Assembly: GCA_051011415.1 (NCBI GenBank)
Contig: JBPCTY010000123.1
Span: 10,750-74,749 of the forward strand
Direction of reading: 5' to 3'
DNA: 64,000 nucleotides
Source: Acidimicrobiia bacterium
Lineage (GTDB): Bacteria; Actinomycetota; Acidimicrobiia; Spongiisociales; UBA5794
Shown here: piece after piece, positions 38,233 to 47,306 of the stretch
Layout: every line of letters begins with the position of its first letter
Position numbering within the stretch: position 1 is the stretch's first letter
Position numbers and translations under genes: made by a program
The notes under the pieces: model-generated
Databases searched by the model: none
Told to the model about the DNA's origin: nothing
The model's input: the letters and a program-made list of their open reading frames with translations, nothing else

Positions 38233-39099
38233 ATGCGTTGGTGGACCGCACTCATTCTCTTGGCCCTTCTGGCTTCGGCGTGCACGCCCCAAGCCACTCC
38301 CACAACCACTTCCCCCCCGGCCAACGAGACGACGACCACCGTTGCCGCACCAGAAGGCGATCCATGCCGTTCAGGTGATCTTGCGTTTGGAACCGATGGC
38401 CTGATTGCTGCCCTCGGCGAGGAGAACCCGGATGTCACGAAGCTCTCGCAGATCCGGTGGGAGGGCTCCGCATCATGTGAGCGGCTGGTCGTCGGCTTCA
38501 CAACCGACACCGGCGCACCCGCTGCCAGGCTTGGGCTCACCGGAGTCACCATCCTCGGCTATGCCGGCATCGTTCGGATTGATCTGCCAAGCGAGATCAC
38601 CGAGAGCGCAGTCGCTGACATGTGGACCGATGCTGAGCTCGTCGATCGCACATTCGTGACCAGAGATGAAGAAGGCAACCTGCGCATTGACGTGCACATG
38701 GCTCCCGGTATCGCCATTGAGGCGCGGGCCTTCACCGCATCATCTCCCGCAAGCTTGATCATCGATGTCGCTCCACGTCCGGATCTCACTCCGCCGGTCC
38801 CGGCAGCAACGTCGGCGAGTGCGGTAATCGTTACTCCTCAGTCGGGGCCTTCGCTGTATCCCTTCACAGTGGAGGCATATGCCCCGCCCGCCCAGTTCTC
38901 GACCCACGTGCTGGTGACTTCGAATGAGGTCATCGCCTCCAGTGTCTCGGTGGCCCTCAAGGGCTACACAGATACATGGCAGTCTTTTTCCCTGCGTGTT
39001 GATGACGGGCCGAGTGGCCCAACCACGGTGTTCGTTGGAGAGATCAACAGCTCCGGTGGCCCAGCGAATGGCGCGACCGTGCTCCTGGATCTTCCGTGA
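38233..39099 (+). CDS. putative secreted lipoprotein (AMIN-like plus Ig-like/Gmad2-like regions)
   Basis: 288 aa. Has a lipobox signal MRWWTALILLALLASAC and a Thr/Pro linker. Domain resemblance is by eye only. Confidence 0.5.
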   Translation: MRWWTALILLALLASACTPQATPTTTSPPANETTTTVAAPEGDPCRSGDLAFGTDGLIAALGEENPDVTKLSQIRWEGSASCERLVVGFTTDTGAPAARLGLTGVTILGYAGIVRIDLPSEITESAVADMWTDAELVDRTFVTRDEEGNLRIDVHMAPGIAIEARAFTASSPASLIIDVAPRPDLTPPVPAATSASAVIVTPQSGPSLYPFTVEAYAPPAQFSTHVLVTSNEVIASSVSVALKGYTDTWQSFSLRVDDGPSGPTTVFVGEINSSGGPANGATVLLDLP

Positions 39100-39154
39100 G
39101 CGACCGGAACACACCACGACTAGTTTCGGTTTGTCGTTCGGGAAGGAAGACGCC

Positions 39155-41086
39155 GTGGATCGAAAACCGACATGGTTCCGTGTAGCTGATCTTGACAGCC
39201 TCGCCATAGGCGAAGTCACGGTAGTCCAAGCAGGCCATCACGCCGTCGCCTTATCCCATACAGAAGAAGGGCTCGGTGCAATCTCCAATCGGTGCCCCCA
39301 TCAAGGCGGACCCCTCGGCGAGGGCCTGATTGAGGGATGCTGGTTGACCTGCCCATGGCACGGTTGGGAGTACGACCCGAAGACCGGCGAGACACCCGGT
39401 CCGTTTGACGATGCGGTTGCCTCCTACGCAGTCGAGGAGAGGGACGACGGAATCTACGTCGCCGTCGTTGAACCCGTCGAACACCCCGATTCATTAATGA
39501 CTCAACTGGTGGACAGGCTTGTCGTCGGTGGTGTCCGCGTAGTCTTCGGAATGGTCGGACACTCAAATCTCGGATTTGCGGACGCTCTTCGCGCCGCGGA
39601 GCAACGAGGAGACCTCGCGTTCATCGGGGTCAGGCACGAAGGCGCGGCCGCGTTTGCGGCATCGTCCTATGGAAAGCTCACGGGGACGCCAGCGGTGGCG
39701 TTTGCGATCGCGGGCCCCGGAGCTACCAATCTCTACACCGGAATGTGGGACGCCAAGCTCTCCGGCACGCCCCTGCTCGCTGTCACCGGCCAGATTCCGA
39801 CACCGCAGCTTGGAACGCGAGCGTTCCAGGAGGTTCCGCTCGGAAGCGCATTGGGGCCGGTCGCCGGCTGGACAAAGCGTATGTCCGCGAGCGATGGCCC
39901 CAGAGTGGCGTCCGACATGGTCGATTTTGCCGTGAGTCAGAACGATGTTGCACATCTAGTCCTGCCTGACGATGTTCAAACTCTGCCATCGGTCATCGCA
40001 TCACCGCCTGGACCGCGTCCGCATCACAACCCTCTCCCCCTCGCTGATGCCGATACAACAGCCATTGCGCAGATGATCGACCAAGCCGAGAACCCTCTCT
40101 TTGTCGTTGGTCGAGGCGGTGCCCCCTACGCACACGAGATCCTGACGCTTGCTGAGAAGGTCGACGCAGTTATCGCGACGACCTTCCCCGCCAAAGGATG
40201 TGTAGACGAACACCACGAGCTCGCAACCGGTGTCCTGGGAAGATCAGGTACGCCGGTCTCGGCCGCAATGCAAACACGAAGCGATCTGGTCGTCGTCTTC
40301 GGCGGCGGCTTGGCTCCACATACCGGTATCTCACCAAAGCGACCGGTTGTGCGGATCGATACCAACGAGCTTGCCTCGCGTCGGAACACTTCGAACGTGA
40401 CCGTATTCGCACTGGCGGACGCAGGAGCTGCAGCTACAGCGTTACTAGACGAGGTGAGTCCCGCTAACCGCAGCGACCTTCGCTCATGGCTTGCCGACCG
40501 GAAGGCTTGGTGGGCGCAAAGGAAGACCGACAGGCGGGGACTCGACCGAGATGGCAGGCTCACCGGCGCCGGTGTGTTCCATGAACTCGAGCAACAGATA
40601 CCGCGCGATGCCGTCGTCTCGCTTGATGTCGGCAACACCACGTACTCGTTTGGTCGCTACTTCGAGGCCACAGCGCAGCGTGTCGCCATGAGTGGTTGGC
40701 TTGGCTCGATCGGATATGCGTTGCCGGGATCAATCGGCGCAGCGATGGCGTTCCCCGACCGCACGATTGTTGCCATTGCCGGGGATGGTGGTTTCGGGCA
40801 GTACGCAATGGAACTCGCAACTGTGGCGAAGTATGAGCTCAATGTGAAAGTCCTGGTTCTCGTCAACGACGAGCTTGGGAAGATCACCGCTGAACAACAG
40901 CTTGCGCAAACCCATGTTTGGGCCACTTCACTGTCGAACCCTTCATTCGCAGACATGGCATCGTCGCTCGGCATGTTCGGGCGGGCGGTCTCGACACCAC
41001 AGGAGCTAGAAGTTGGGATGGCCGACCTCTTCGCCCACGATGGGCCTGGCATGCTCGAAATCGCAAGCTCGCGGCTGCAGTACTGA
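39155..41086 (+). CDS. Rieske [2Fe-2S] domain fused to a PoxB/acetolactate-synthase-type thiamine-diphosphate enzyme
   Basis: ORF 38924..41086 trimmed to GTG 39155, behind GGAAGGAAGA. It has the Rieske boxes CPHQGGPL and CPWHGW, followed by the ThDP N-domain GPGATNLYTG and the C-terminal ThDP motif IAGDGGFGQYAMEL...VLVNDELG. Confidence 0.8.
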   Translation: MDRKPTWFRVADLDSLAIGEVTVVQAGHHAVALSHTEEGLGAISNRCPHQGGPLGEGLIEGCWLTCPWHGWEYDPKTGETPGPFDDAVASYAVEERDDGIYVAVVEPVEHPDSLMTQLVDRLVVGGVRVVFGMVGHSNLGFADALRAAEQRGDLAFIGVRHEGAAAFAASSYGKLTGTPAVAFAIAGPGATNLYTGMWDAKLSGTPLLAVTGQIPTPQLGTRAFQEVPLGSALGPVAGWTKRMSASDGPRVASDMVDFAVSQNDVAHLVLPDDVQTLPSVIASPPGPRPHHNPLPLADADTTAIAQMIDQAENPLFVVGRGGAPYAHEILTLAEKVDAVIATTFPAKGCVDEHHELATGVLGRSGTPVSAAMQTRSDLVVVFGGGLAPHTGISPKRPVVRIDTNELASRRNTSNVTVFALADAGAAATALLDEVSPANRSDLRSWLADRKAWWAQRKTDRRGLDRDGRLTGAGVFHELEQQIPRDAVVSLDVGNTTYSFGRYFEATAQRVAMSGWLGSIGYALPGSIGAAMAFPDRTIVAIAGDGGFGQYAMELATVAKYELNVKVLVLVNDELGKITAEQQLAQTHVWATSLSNPSFADMASSLGMFGRAVSTPQELEVGMADLFAHDGPGMLEIASSRLQY

Positions 41087-41094
41087 CACCGCAG

Positions 41095-44000
41095 CTACAT
41101 GTTTCGGCGGTAGCGGCCCCCCACCTCGAACAGAGCGTCTGACAACTGACCAAGTGAGCAGTGACGAGTCGCATCCATCAACGCCGCAAAAACGTTGCCG
41201 CCGTCGAGCGCCACCTGCTGGAGGGCGGTTAACGCAGCCTCGGCGTCCTTATCGGATCGTTCGTGGAGGAACGCGACATCCTCGATCAGCTGGTCCTTGT
41301 CCTCGTCATGGGAACGGATGATTTCGTCCGGGCGCATAAACGGAGAACCCTCAGGAGACAGGAACGTGTTGACGCCGATGATGGGAAGATCACCGCTGTC
41401 CTTGCTGGTTTCATACCGCATGGACTCTTCCTGGATCTTCGAACGCTGGTACATGGTCTCCATCGCTCCGAGAACACCACCGCGGTCCGTCAATCGGTCG
41501 AACTCCGCCATCACGGCTTCCTCAACAAGATCCGTGAGCTCTTCGATGATGTAGGAGCCCTGAAGCGTGTTCTCTGTCTTGTTGAGGCCAAGCTCCCGGT
41601 TGATGATCAGCTGGATCGCCAACGCACGACGCACGGATCCCTCCGTAGGTGTTGTGATCGCTTCGTCAAAGGCGTTGGTGTGGAGGCTGTTTGCGTTGTC
41701 GTAGATGGCGTAGAGAGCTTGAAGCGTCGTGCGGATGTCGTTGAATTCGATCTCTTGTGCGTGCAAGGACCGGCCAGACGTCTGGATGTGGTACTTCAGC
41801 TTCTGGGACCGCTCTCCGGCGCCATACATGTCACGCATCGACTTTGCCCAGATGCGTCGAGCAACTCTGCCGATGACGGCGTATTCAGCATCGAGACCGT
41901 TGCTGAAGAAGAAGCTGAGGTTGGGTGCGAAGCCATCGACATCCATCCCTCTCGCCCTGAAGTATTCGACGAACGTGAAGCCATTGGCGAGCGTGAACGC
42001 AAGCTGGGTGATGGGGTTCGCACCAGCCTCGGCCATGTGGTAACCCGAGATCGAGACCGAGTAGAAGTTCGTGACATCGTGATCGATGAAGTACTGCTGG
42101 ATGTCCCCCTGCATCGACAGCGCAAACTCAGTCGAAAAGATGCAGGTGTTCTGGGCCTGATCCTCTTTGAGAATGTCCGCTTGGATCGTGCCACGGACTG
42201 TTGCAAGGGTCTCGGCCTTCAGACGGTCATAGATGTCGGGAGGAAGCACGTCGACTCCGGTGACACCGAGCAGCAGGAGTCCTGTTCCGTCGTGCCCATC
42301 TGGGAGGGCTCCGTGATAGCGAGGTCTGGCCTCCGGGTTCTCCACATACCGCTGCGCAATCATCGCCTCGACTTCTTCGACCAGTCCTTCGGTGCGGATA
42401 TACCGCTCGCAGGCCTGATCGATCGCTGCGTTGAGGAAGAAGGCAAGCATCATCGGCGCAGGGCCGTTGATGGTCATGGACACCGACGTTACTGGATCCA
42501 GGAGATCGAAACCTGAGTAGAGCTTCTTGGCATCATCGAGTGTGGGAACGGAGACACCGGAGTTGCCAACCTTGCCGTAGATATCGGGGCGTAGCGCGGG
42601 ATCATTGCCGTACAAGGTGACCGAGTCGAAGGCTGTGGAGAGCCGCACAGCCGGCATGTCCTTGGCCAGGTAGTGGAACCTTCGATTCGTCTGCTCCGGA
42701 CCGCCTTCTCCAGCAAACATCCGGGTGGGATCCTCAGCCTCGCGTTTGAACGGAAACACGCCTGCGGTGAATGGGAACCGTCCAGGTAGGTTCTCCTGAC
42801 AAAGCCATCGCACGCGGTCACCCCAACCACTGATCCGTGGATGGACGACCTTCGGAAAAGTGGTACCGGACAGCGTGGTGACCTCGTTCTCCACCACGAC
42901 ATCTCTTCCTCGGACGGTGTAGGTGACCTCGGTGCCCTCGTATTCGGCCACATTGCCTTCCCACGCCTCGAGCGCTGCGGCTGTCCGATCGGACAAGCCT
43001 TCCTGCGCTCGGCTGACAATCTCAGGAGGTGCAGGCGTGTCGGTGAGAATCGAAGCTCTCTCGAGACTCTGCAGATCTGCAGCACTCCTGGCCTCAGCCT
43101 CGGTCGCAACGTTGTATGACCGCACGGTGTCGGCAATCTCAGAGAGATACCTGACACGCGAACGTGGCACGAGCGGTTCGGTAGTGGTTCGGCCAGTGCG
43201 GTGCACTGCGCGCCCGAATCGGCCATCGACACTGTCGTTGACCGCCTCGATGATCAACTCATATAGACGCTGCGTACCGTCGTCGTTGAACTGTGAGGCG
43301 ATCGTCGCCACGACGGGAAGGGATGCGTCGTCGGCGTCAAAGAGCTGGCGGTTTCGCTTGAACTGCTTACGAACGTCGCGCAGGGCGTCCTCTGCACCCC
43401 GTCGATCAGACTTGTTGATCGCAATGACCTCGGCGAAGTCGAGCATGTCGATCTTCTCAAGTTGCGTTGCGGCCCCATATTCGGGCGTCATGACGTACAC
43501 CGAGATGTTGGAGGCGTCGACGATTTCCGTGTCCGACTGACCGATGCCGGAGGTTTCGAGCAGCACAAGATCGAAACCTGCTGCCTTGACGATGGAAACC
43601 GCATCAGCAACGTACGGGGACATGGCGAGATTTGCTTGCCGTGTGGCGAGGGACCGCATGTAGGTCGCGGTGCCGCTGACCGCATTCATCCGGATCCGGT
43701 CGCCGAGAAGGGCACCGCCGGTACGGCGGCGACTCGGGTCGACAGACACAACTGCGATTTTCTTGTCCGGGAAGTCTCGACGGAATCGGAGGACGAGTTC
43801 GTCAAGAATCGAAGACTTCCCTGCTCCACCTGTCCCTGTGAATCCAACGACAGGCACCGATGTCTCGGAAGCTGCGGCCCGGAGCTCCTCAAGGAGACCA
43901 GCGCTCTCCTCGGGCTCGTTCTCTGCAAGGGTGATTGCTCGTGCGATGGCGGAGGGCTCCGCTGCGAGTACCCGTGCAGCCACATCCCCGGCGCCAAGTG

Positions 44001-44424
44001 TCTGGGTATGTGCAGCCCTTTCAAGAAGGTCATCAATCATTCCGGTGAGACCAAGGGTGCGACCGTCATCGGGTGAGTAGATCCTTGCTGCGCCTTCCGC
44101 AAGCAACGACTCGGACTCCTCCGGAAGGATCGTGCCTCCTCCCCCTCCGAACACCCTGATGTCCGAGCCACCCATCTCATCAAGGAGCTTGCGGAGATAC
44201 CGGAAGAACTCCATATGCCCGCCCTGGTAGGAAGTCACCGCAACCGCGTGCGCATCTTCCTCGATGGCTGCTTCGGCGATCTCGTATGCACTGCGATCGT
44301 GGCCGAGATGGATGACCTCAGCCCCTGCAGCCTGGAGGATGCGTCGCATGATGTTGATCGAGGCATCGTGGCCATCGAAAAGCGACGTGGCAGTGACAAC
44401 GCGCACGCGAACAGGTGAGTCCAT
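41095..44424 (-). CDS. icmF: fused isobutyryl-CoA mutase (IcmF: B12 domain - MeaB-type GTPase - mutase barrel)
   Basis: 1109 aa. Has an N-terminal B12-binding region ([13 protein letters not shown]), a P-loop [12 protein letters not shown], and a C-terminal acyl-CoA mutase substrate domain. Confidence 0.88.
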   Translation of the reverse strand: MDSPVRVRVVTATSLFDGHDASINIMRRILQAAGAEVIHLGHDRSAYEIAEAAIEEDAHAVAVTSYQGGHMEFFRYLRKLLDEMGGSDIRVFGGGGGTILPEESESLLAEGAARIYSPDDGRTLGLTGMIDDLLERAAHTQTLGAGDVAARVLAAEPSAIARAITLAENEPEESAGLLEELRAAASETSVPVVGFTGTGGAGKSSILDELVLRFRRDFPDKKIAVVSVDPSRRRTGGALLGDRIRMNAVSGTATYMRSLATRQANLAMSPYVADAVSIVKAAGFDLVLLETSGIGQSDTEIVDASNISVYVMTPEYGAATQLEKIDMLDFAEVIAINKSDRRGAEDALRDVRKQFKRNRQLFDADDASLPVVATIASQFNDDGTQRLYELIIEAVNDSVDGRFGRAVHRTGRTTTEPLVPRSRVRYLSEIADTVRSYNVATEAEARSAADLQSLERASILTDTPAPPEIVSRAQEGLSDRTAAALEAWEGNVAEYEGTEVTYTVRGRDVVVENEVTTLSGTTFPKVVHPRISGWGDRVRWLCQENLPGRFPFTAGVFPFKREAEDPTRMFAGEGGPEQTNRRFHYLAKDMPAVRLSTAFDSVTLYGNDPALRPDIYGKVGNSGVSVPTLDDAKKLYSGFDLLDPVTSVSMTINGPAPMMLAFFLNAAIDQACERYIRTEGLVEEVEAMIAQRYVENPEARPRYHGALPDGHDGTGLLLLGVTGVDVLPPDIYDRLKAETLATVRGTIQADILKEDQAQNTCIFSTEFALSMQGDIQQYFIDHDVTNFYSVSISGYHMAEAGANPITQLAFTLANGFTFVEYFRARGMDVDGFAPNLSFFFSNGLDAEYAVIGRVARRIWAKSMRDMYGAGERSQKLKYHIQTSGRSLHAQEIEFNDIRTTLQALYAIYDNANSLHTNAFDEAITTPTEGSVRRALAIQLIINRELGLNKTENTLQGSYIIEELTDLVEEAVMAEFDRLTDRGGVLGAMETMYQRSKIQEESMRYETSKDSGDLPIIGVNTFLSPEGSPFMRPDEIIRSHDEDKDQLIEDVAFLHERSDKDAEAALTALQQVALDGGNVFAALMDATRHCSLGQLSDALFEVGGRYRRNM

Positions 44425-44665
44425 ACCTACAGGATAGGAGGCATCAACCGCTCGGTCCTAGGGTCTACCGGCTTCTTGCCATTTCGGCGCCCATTCGAGC
44501 CATGCAGCCGCGTTCTCCTCGGTGAAGACAAAGTTGTAGCCAAAGTTCAGCGTGTCCAGAGCTGACTCGTCCACCGTCGGAACCCATGCCTTGAGACGCT
44601 CTTCCGCTACCGGATCCTGTTCGACTGATGCGAACGTGTCATAGGCAGGTCATAGTATCGAACGT

Positions 44666-46075
44666 ATGTTCGAGAGAATCGATATTGTAGAACGAGATTC
44701 CGATCCTGGCCCGATGTTCGAGCCAGGTGGTCCGGCGATCGGTGTCGATCGACTCCAGCCGGTGACAGACGTGGCGTGCCCAGCGGTCGATCAACGGGCT
44801 CCAGATGGCATCACGGCACTCTTCGTAGATTCGGTCGATCTTGGAGGCGTCTCTGGCGCCGACGCTGTCCGGGTGCTCAAGGCCGCACAACGCCTTGCGT
44901 CGCACTATCAGGCTCGGATGTATGAGGCGATGGCCGCGATCTCCCGGAACCTCGACGAGGGAGGGGACGCCATTGAGGATCTCCTGCTCCGAGCCGAAGG
45001 CGAGATCCGGCCGGCCCTCACGTGGACGCGGCGTCGCACCGAGGAAGAGCTCGCGTTTGCCCAACGGCTGTCAAGCAGGTTGCCGCGGGTCTTCTCGGCG
45101 TTGCGTGCAGGACTCATCGATGTCCCCAAGGCAAAGGCGATGGACAGGGCAACAATTCACCTCCAGCCATCTGTCGCTCAAGCCCTGATTGAACAGGTCA
45201 TTGACGACGCTCCCGACCTCACAACGGGACAGCTATCGGGACGTCTTGGCAAGATCGTCGCCAATCACGATCCGGATGAAGCAAAGGACCGCTACCACGC
45301 GGCACACCAGGACCGGCGCGTCGTGATCGAGCGGACCGACGCTGGCACGGCCAACTTCCACGCATTCGACATCGCACCTGACGATGCCGCCTCTCTCTCC
45401 CGCCGGCTGTCGGTTCTATCGATGCAAACGTCCACACCCGATGATCCACGCAGTACAGATCAAAGGAAAGCTGACCTTGCCGTGGAGCTGATGATGGATC
45501 GTCCGCTGACACGCTTCGGCGCACCCAACAAGCACGATGGCGCATCACGATCCGGCACCGCAACGGGCCAACGCGGGTCCGGGAGCACCGTCACCCTGTA
45601 TGTCGATCTCGACACGCTCGCCGGCCTCAACGACAACTCGGCCGAGCTCGCAGGATTTGGCCCGGTGATCGCCGACATCGCAAGGAAGGTCGCTGCCGAA
45701 TCAGCCGTCGCCGAGTGGAGATACCGAGTCACCGATCCGCTGACCGGCAAGGCAGTCGCCGCCGGCACGACACGTCGCAGACCGACGGCCGCACAATGTC
45801 GGGACATCACCGACCGACACACGACATGCGTCTTCTCTGGCTGCAGAATGCCCTCCACCGAGTCGGATCTGGACCACCGCATCGAATTCGCCGAGACCGG
45901 CGTCACCGATCCCAACGACATGGCACCCCTCTGTCGGCACGATCATCGGATCAAGGGCACCCAGGGGTTCACGTATGTGCTCAACCCAGACGGAAGTGTC
46001 ACGTGGACCACTCCTCTACGCCAGCGATACACCATCCACCCTGATGGACGAACCACAGAGGGCCCGGCGCCGTAG
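44666..46075 (+). CDS. DUF222-domain HNH endonuclease (REP13E12-like family)
   Basis: 469 aa. The N-terminal DUF222-like region reads GADAVRVLKAAQRLASHYQARMYEAMAAI. The C-terminal HNH motif is CVFSGCRMPSTESDLDHRIEFAETGVTDPNDMAPLCRHDHRIK. The start may instead be the second ATGTTCGAG at 44714. Confidence 0.8.
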   Translation: MFERIDIVERDSDPGPMFEPGGPAIGVDRLQPVTDVACPAVDQRAPDGITALFVDSVDLGGVSGADAVRVLKAAQRLASHYQARMYEAMAAISRNLDEGGDAIEDLLLRAEGEIRPALTWTRRRTEEELAFAQRLSSRLPRVFSALRAGLIDVPKAKAMDRATIHLQPSVAQALIEQVIDDAPDLTTGQLSGRLGKIVANHDPDEAKDRYHAAHQDRRVVIERTDAGTANFHAFDIAPDDAASLSRRLSVLSMQTSTPDDPRSTDQRKADLAVELMMDRPLTRFGAPNKHDGASRSGTATGQRGSGSTVTLYVDLDTLAGLNDNSAELAGFGPVIADIARKVAAESAVAEWRYRVTDPLTGKAVAAGTTRRRPTAAQCRDITDRHTTCVFSGCRMPSTESDLDHRIEFAETGVTDPNDMAPLCRHDHRIKGTQGFTYVLNPDGSVTWTTPLRQRYTIHPDGRTTEGPAP

Positions 46076-46084
46076 ACCTCAGCG

Positions 46085-46603
46085 CTACTCGCTGTCGGGA
46101 ATCAACCCGTCCGGCAGATCGACAACGACTCTTCCCGACTCGACCGATGGCACGATCTCGGCAACAAACGGGATCTCAAACCGAACACCTTCGGTCGTAT
46201 CGGCAACCAGCCTGTCTTGAGCGCCACCAGCAACCACATCGACAACTGAGCCAATGGTCTCGCCGTCGACCGACTCGATCGTGGCTCCAACGATGTCCTC
46301 GGCCCACCACTCCGACTCATCCAGCTCTCGGCGTTGATGAGGCTGAATGACGAACTGCGTGCCGACGAGCGCATCCGCTGTGCTCTTGTCCGTGATCCTG
46401 TCAAAGCGGACGAGAAAGTCGCCCTGGTGAGGTCGCGCCTCGACGATCGTGAAGGTCCGCGAGGAGTCCTCACCGGTGATCATGGTCGCACCTTCGACGA
46501 AACGAACAGCAGCGTCAGAAACCATGCCGCGAACGACAACATCCCCGCCGATGCCATGCGCCCTGCGCACGTATCCGACGGGGATGTGTTGATCTGACAT
46601 CAA
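46085..46603 (-). CDS. rimM: 16S rRNA processing protein RimM
   Basis: 172 aa. Carries GYVRRAHGIGGDVVVR, with a PRC-barrel C-terminal half. Lies downstream of rpsP-khpA. Confidence 0.92.
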   Translation of the reverse strand: MMSDQHIPVGYVRRAHGIGGDVVVRGMVSDAAVRFVEGATMITGEDSSRTFTIVEARPHQGDFLVRFDRITDKSTADALVGTQFVIQPHQRRELDESEWWAEDIVGATIESVDGETIGSVVDVVAGGAQDRLVADTTEGVRFEIPFVAEIVPSVESGRVVVDLPDGLIPDSE

Positions 46604-46614
46604 GTCAGGCTGGG

Positions 46615-46866
46615 TCAGTCCAAGAAGTCGACGTCGACGGAGAGTCCCTCTTCGTCACCGGCAGCGCCTGCGACGTTGCGGATGGCACGGGCAACGCGGC
46701 CACGCTTTCCGATCACTCGGCCCATGTCGCTCTTGGCCGCACGGACCTCAGCAACAACTGCGTCATCGCCATCTGAGACAACGTTGACCTCTACGGCATC
46801 CGTGTCATCAACGATCTCTGACACGACGTAGGTCACGACCTTGTCGACGATCTCACCTTGGCTCAT
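46615..46866 (-). CDS. khpA: KH-domain RNA-binding protein (YlqC/KhpA, UPF0109)
   Basis: 83 aa. Carries the GxxG KH motif MGRVIGKRGRVARAIR. Conserved slot between rpsP and rimM. Confidence 0.9.
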   Translation of the reverse strand: MSQGEIVDKVVTYVVSEIVDDTDAVEVNVVSDGDDAVVAEVRAAKSDMGRVIGKRGRVARAIRNVAGAAGDEEGLSVDVDFLD

Positions 46867-47303
46867 GCGTCATCCTGACTGTCATCTGCGGTCTCTTCGG
46901 CTGCATCCTCGTCGGCTGAAGATTCCACTGCTGGGGCTTCCTCAACGGCGGGGGTCTCCTCGACGCTTGGTTCGGCCTTTGCCTCCGCCTTCGGCTTTGC
47001 CTCGGCAGCTGGGGCTTCAGAACCGACGGTGTGAATATCGCCCTTGGCGACGCGGAACTGCGTCCATGCGCCCGAGATTTCGAGAAGCTTCTGCGCTCTC
47101 TCCGTTGGCTGTGCTCCGGTGTTCAACCAGTGCAGGGCACGATCGTTGTCGATTTCGATCAACGAAGGGTCTTGGCGCGGGTCGTAGATTCCGAGCTGCT
47201 CGATGTACTTGCCATCGCGCGGCTTTCGGGAATCCATCACGACAACGCGGTACGTCGGCTGCTTCTTCTTGCCGAGCCGCGTAAGGCGGATCTTGACTGA
47301 CAT
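46863..47303 (-). CDS. rpsP: 30S ribosomal protein S16 with acidic/Ala-rich C-terminal tail
   Basis: 146 aa. Starts MSVKIRLTRLGKKKQPTYRVVVMDSRKPRDGKYIEQLGIYDP. Confidence 0.96.
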   Translation of the reverse strand: MSVKIRLTRLGKKKQPTYRVVVMDSRKPRDGKYIEQLGIYDPRQDPSLIEIDNDRALHWLNTGAQPTERAQKLLEISGAWTQFRVAKGDIHTVGSEAPAAEAKPKAEAKAEPSVEETPAVEEAPAVESSADEDAAEETADDSQDDA

Positions 47304-47306
47304 CGA

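Noticed and set aside
38924-39154. 5' extension of the 720-aa ORF containing the Rieske-ThDP gene
   Set aside because: It overlaps the 3' end of the lipoprotein gene in another frame. A GTG with a good RBS at 39155 gives an N-terminus typical of small Rieske domains.
41074-41095. Short gctgc...gcagc inverted repeat at the Rieske-ThDP / icmF convergent junction as a bidirectional terminator
   Set aside because: The stem is only 5 bp with a 12-nt loop and no U-tract on either strand.
41263-42516. 417-aa plus-strand ORF inside icmF
   Set aside because: It is antisense to a 1109-aa gene with clear IcmF motifs. It has no recognisable motifs and is a GC-rich antisense artefact.
44639-45064. 141-aa minus-strand ORF
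   Set aside because: It is antisense to the DUF222 N-terminal region of the HNH gene, has no motifs, and is probably spurious.
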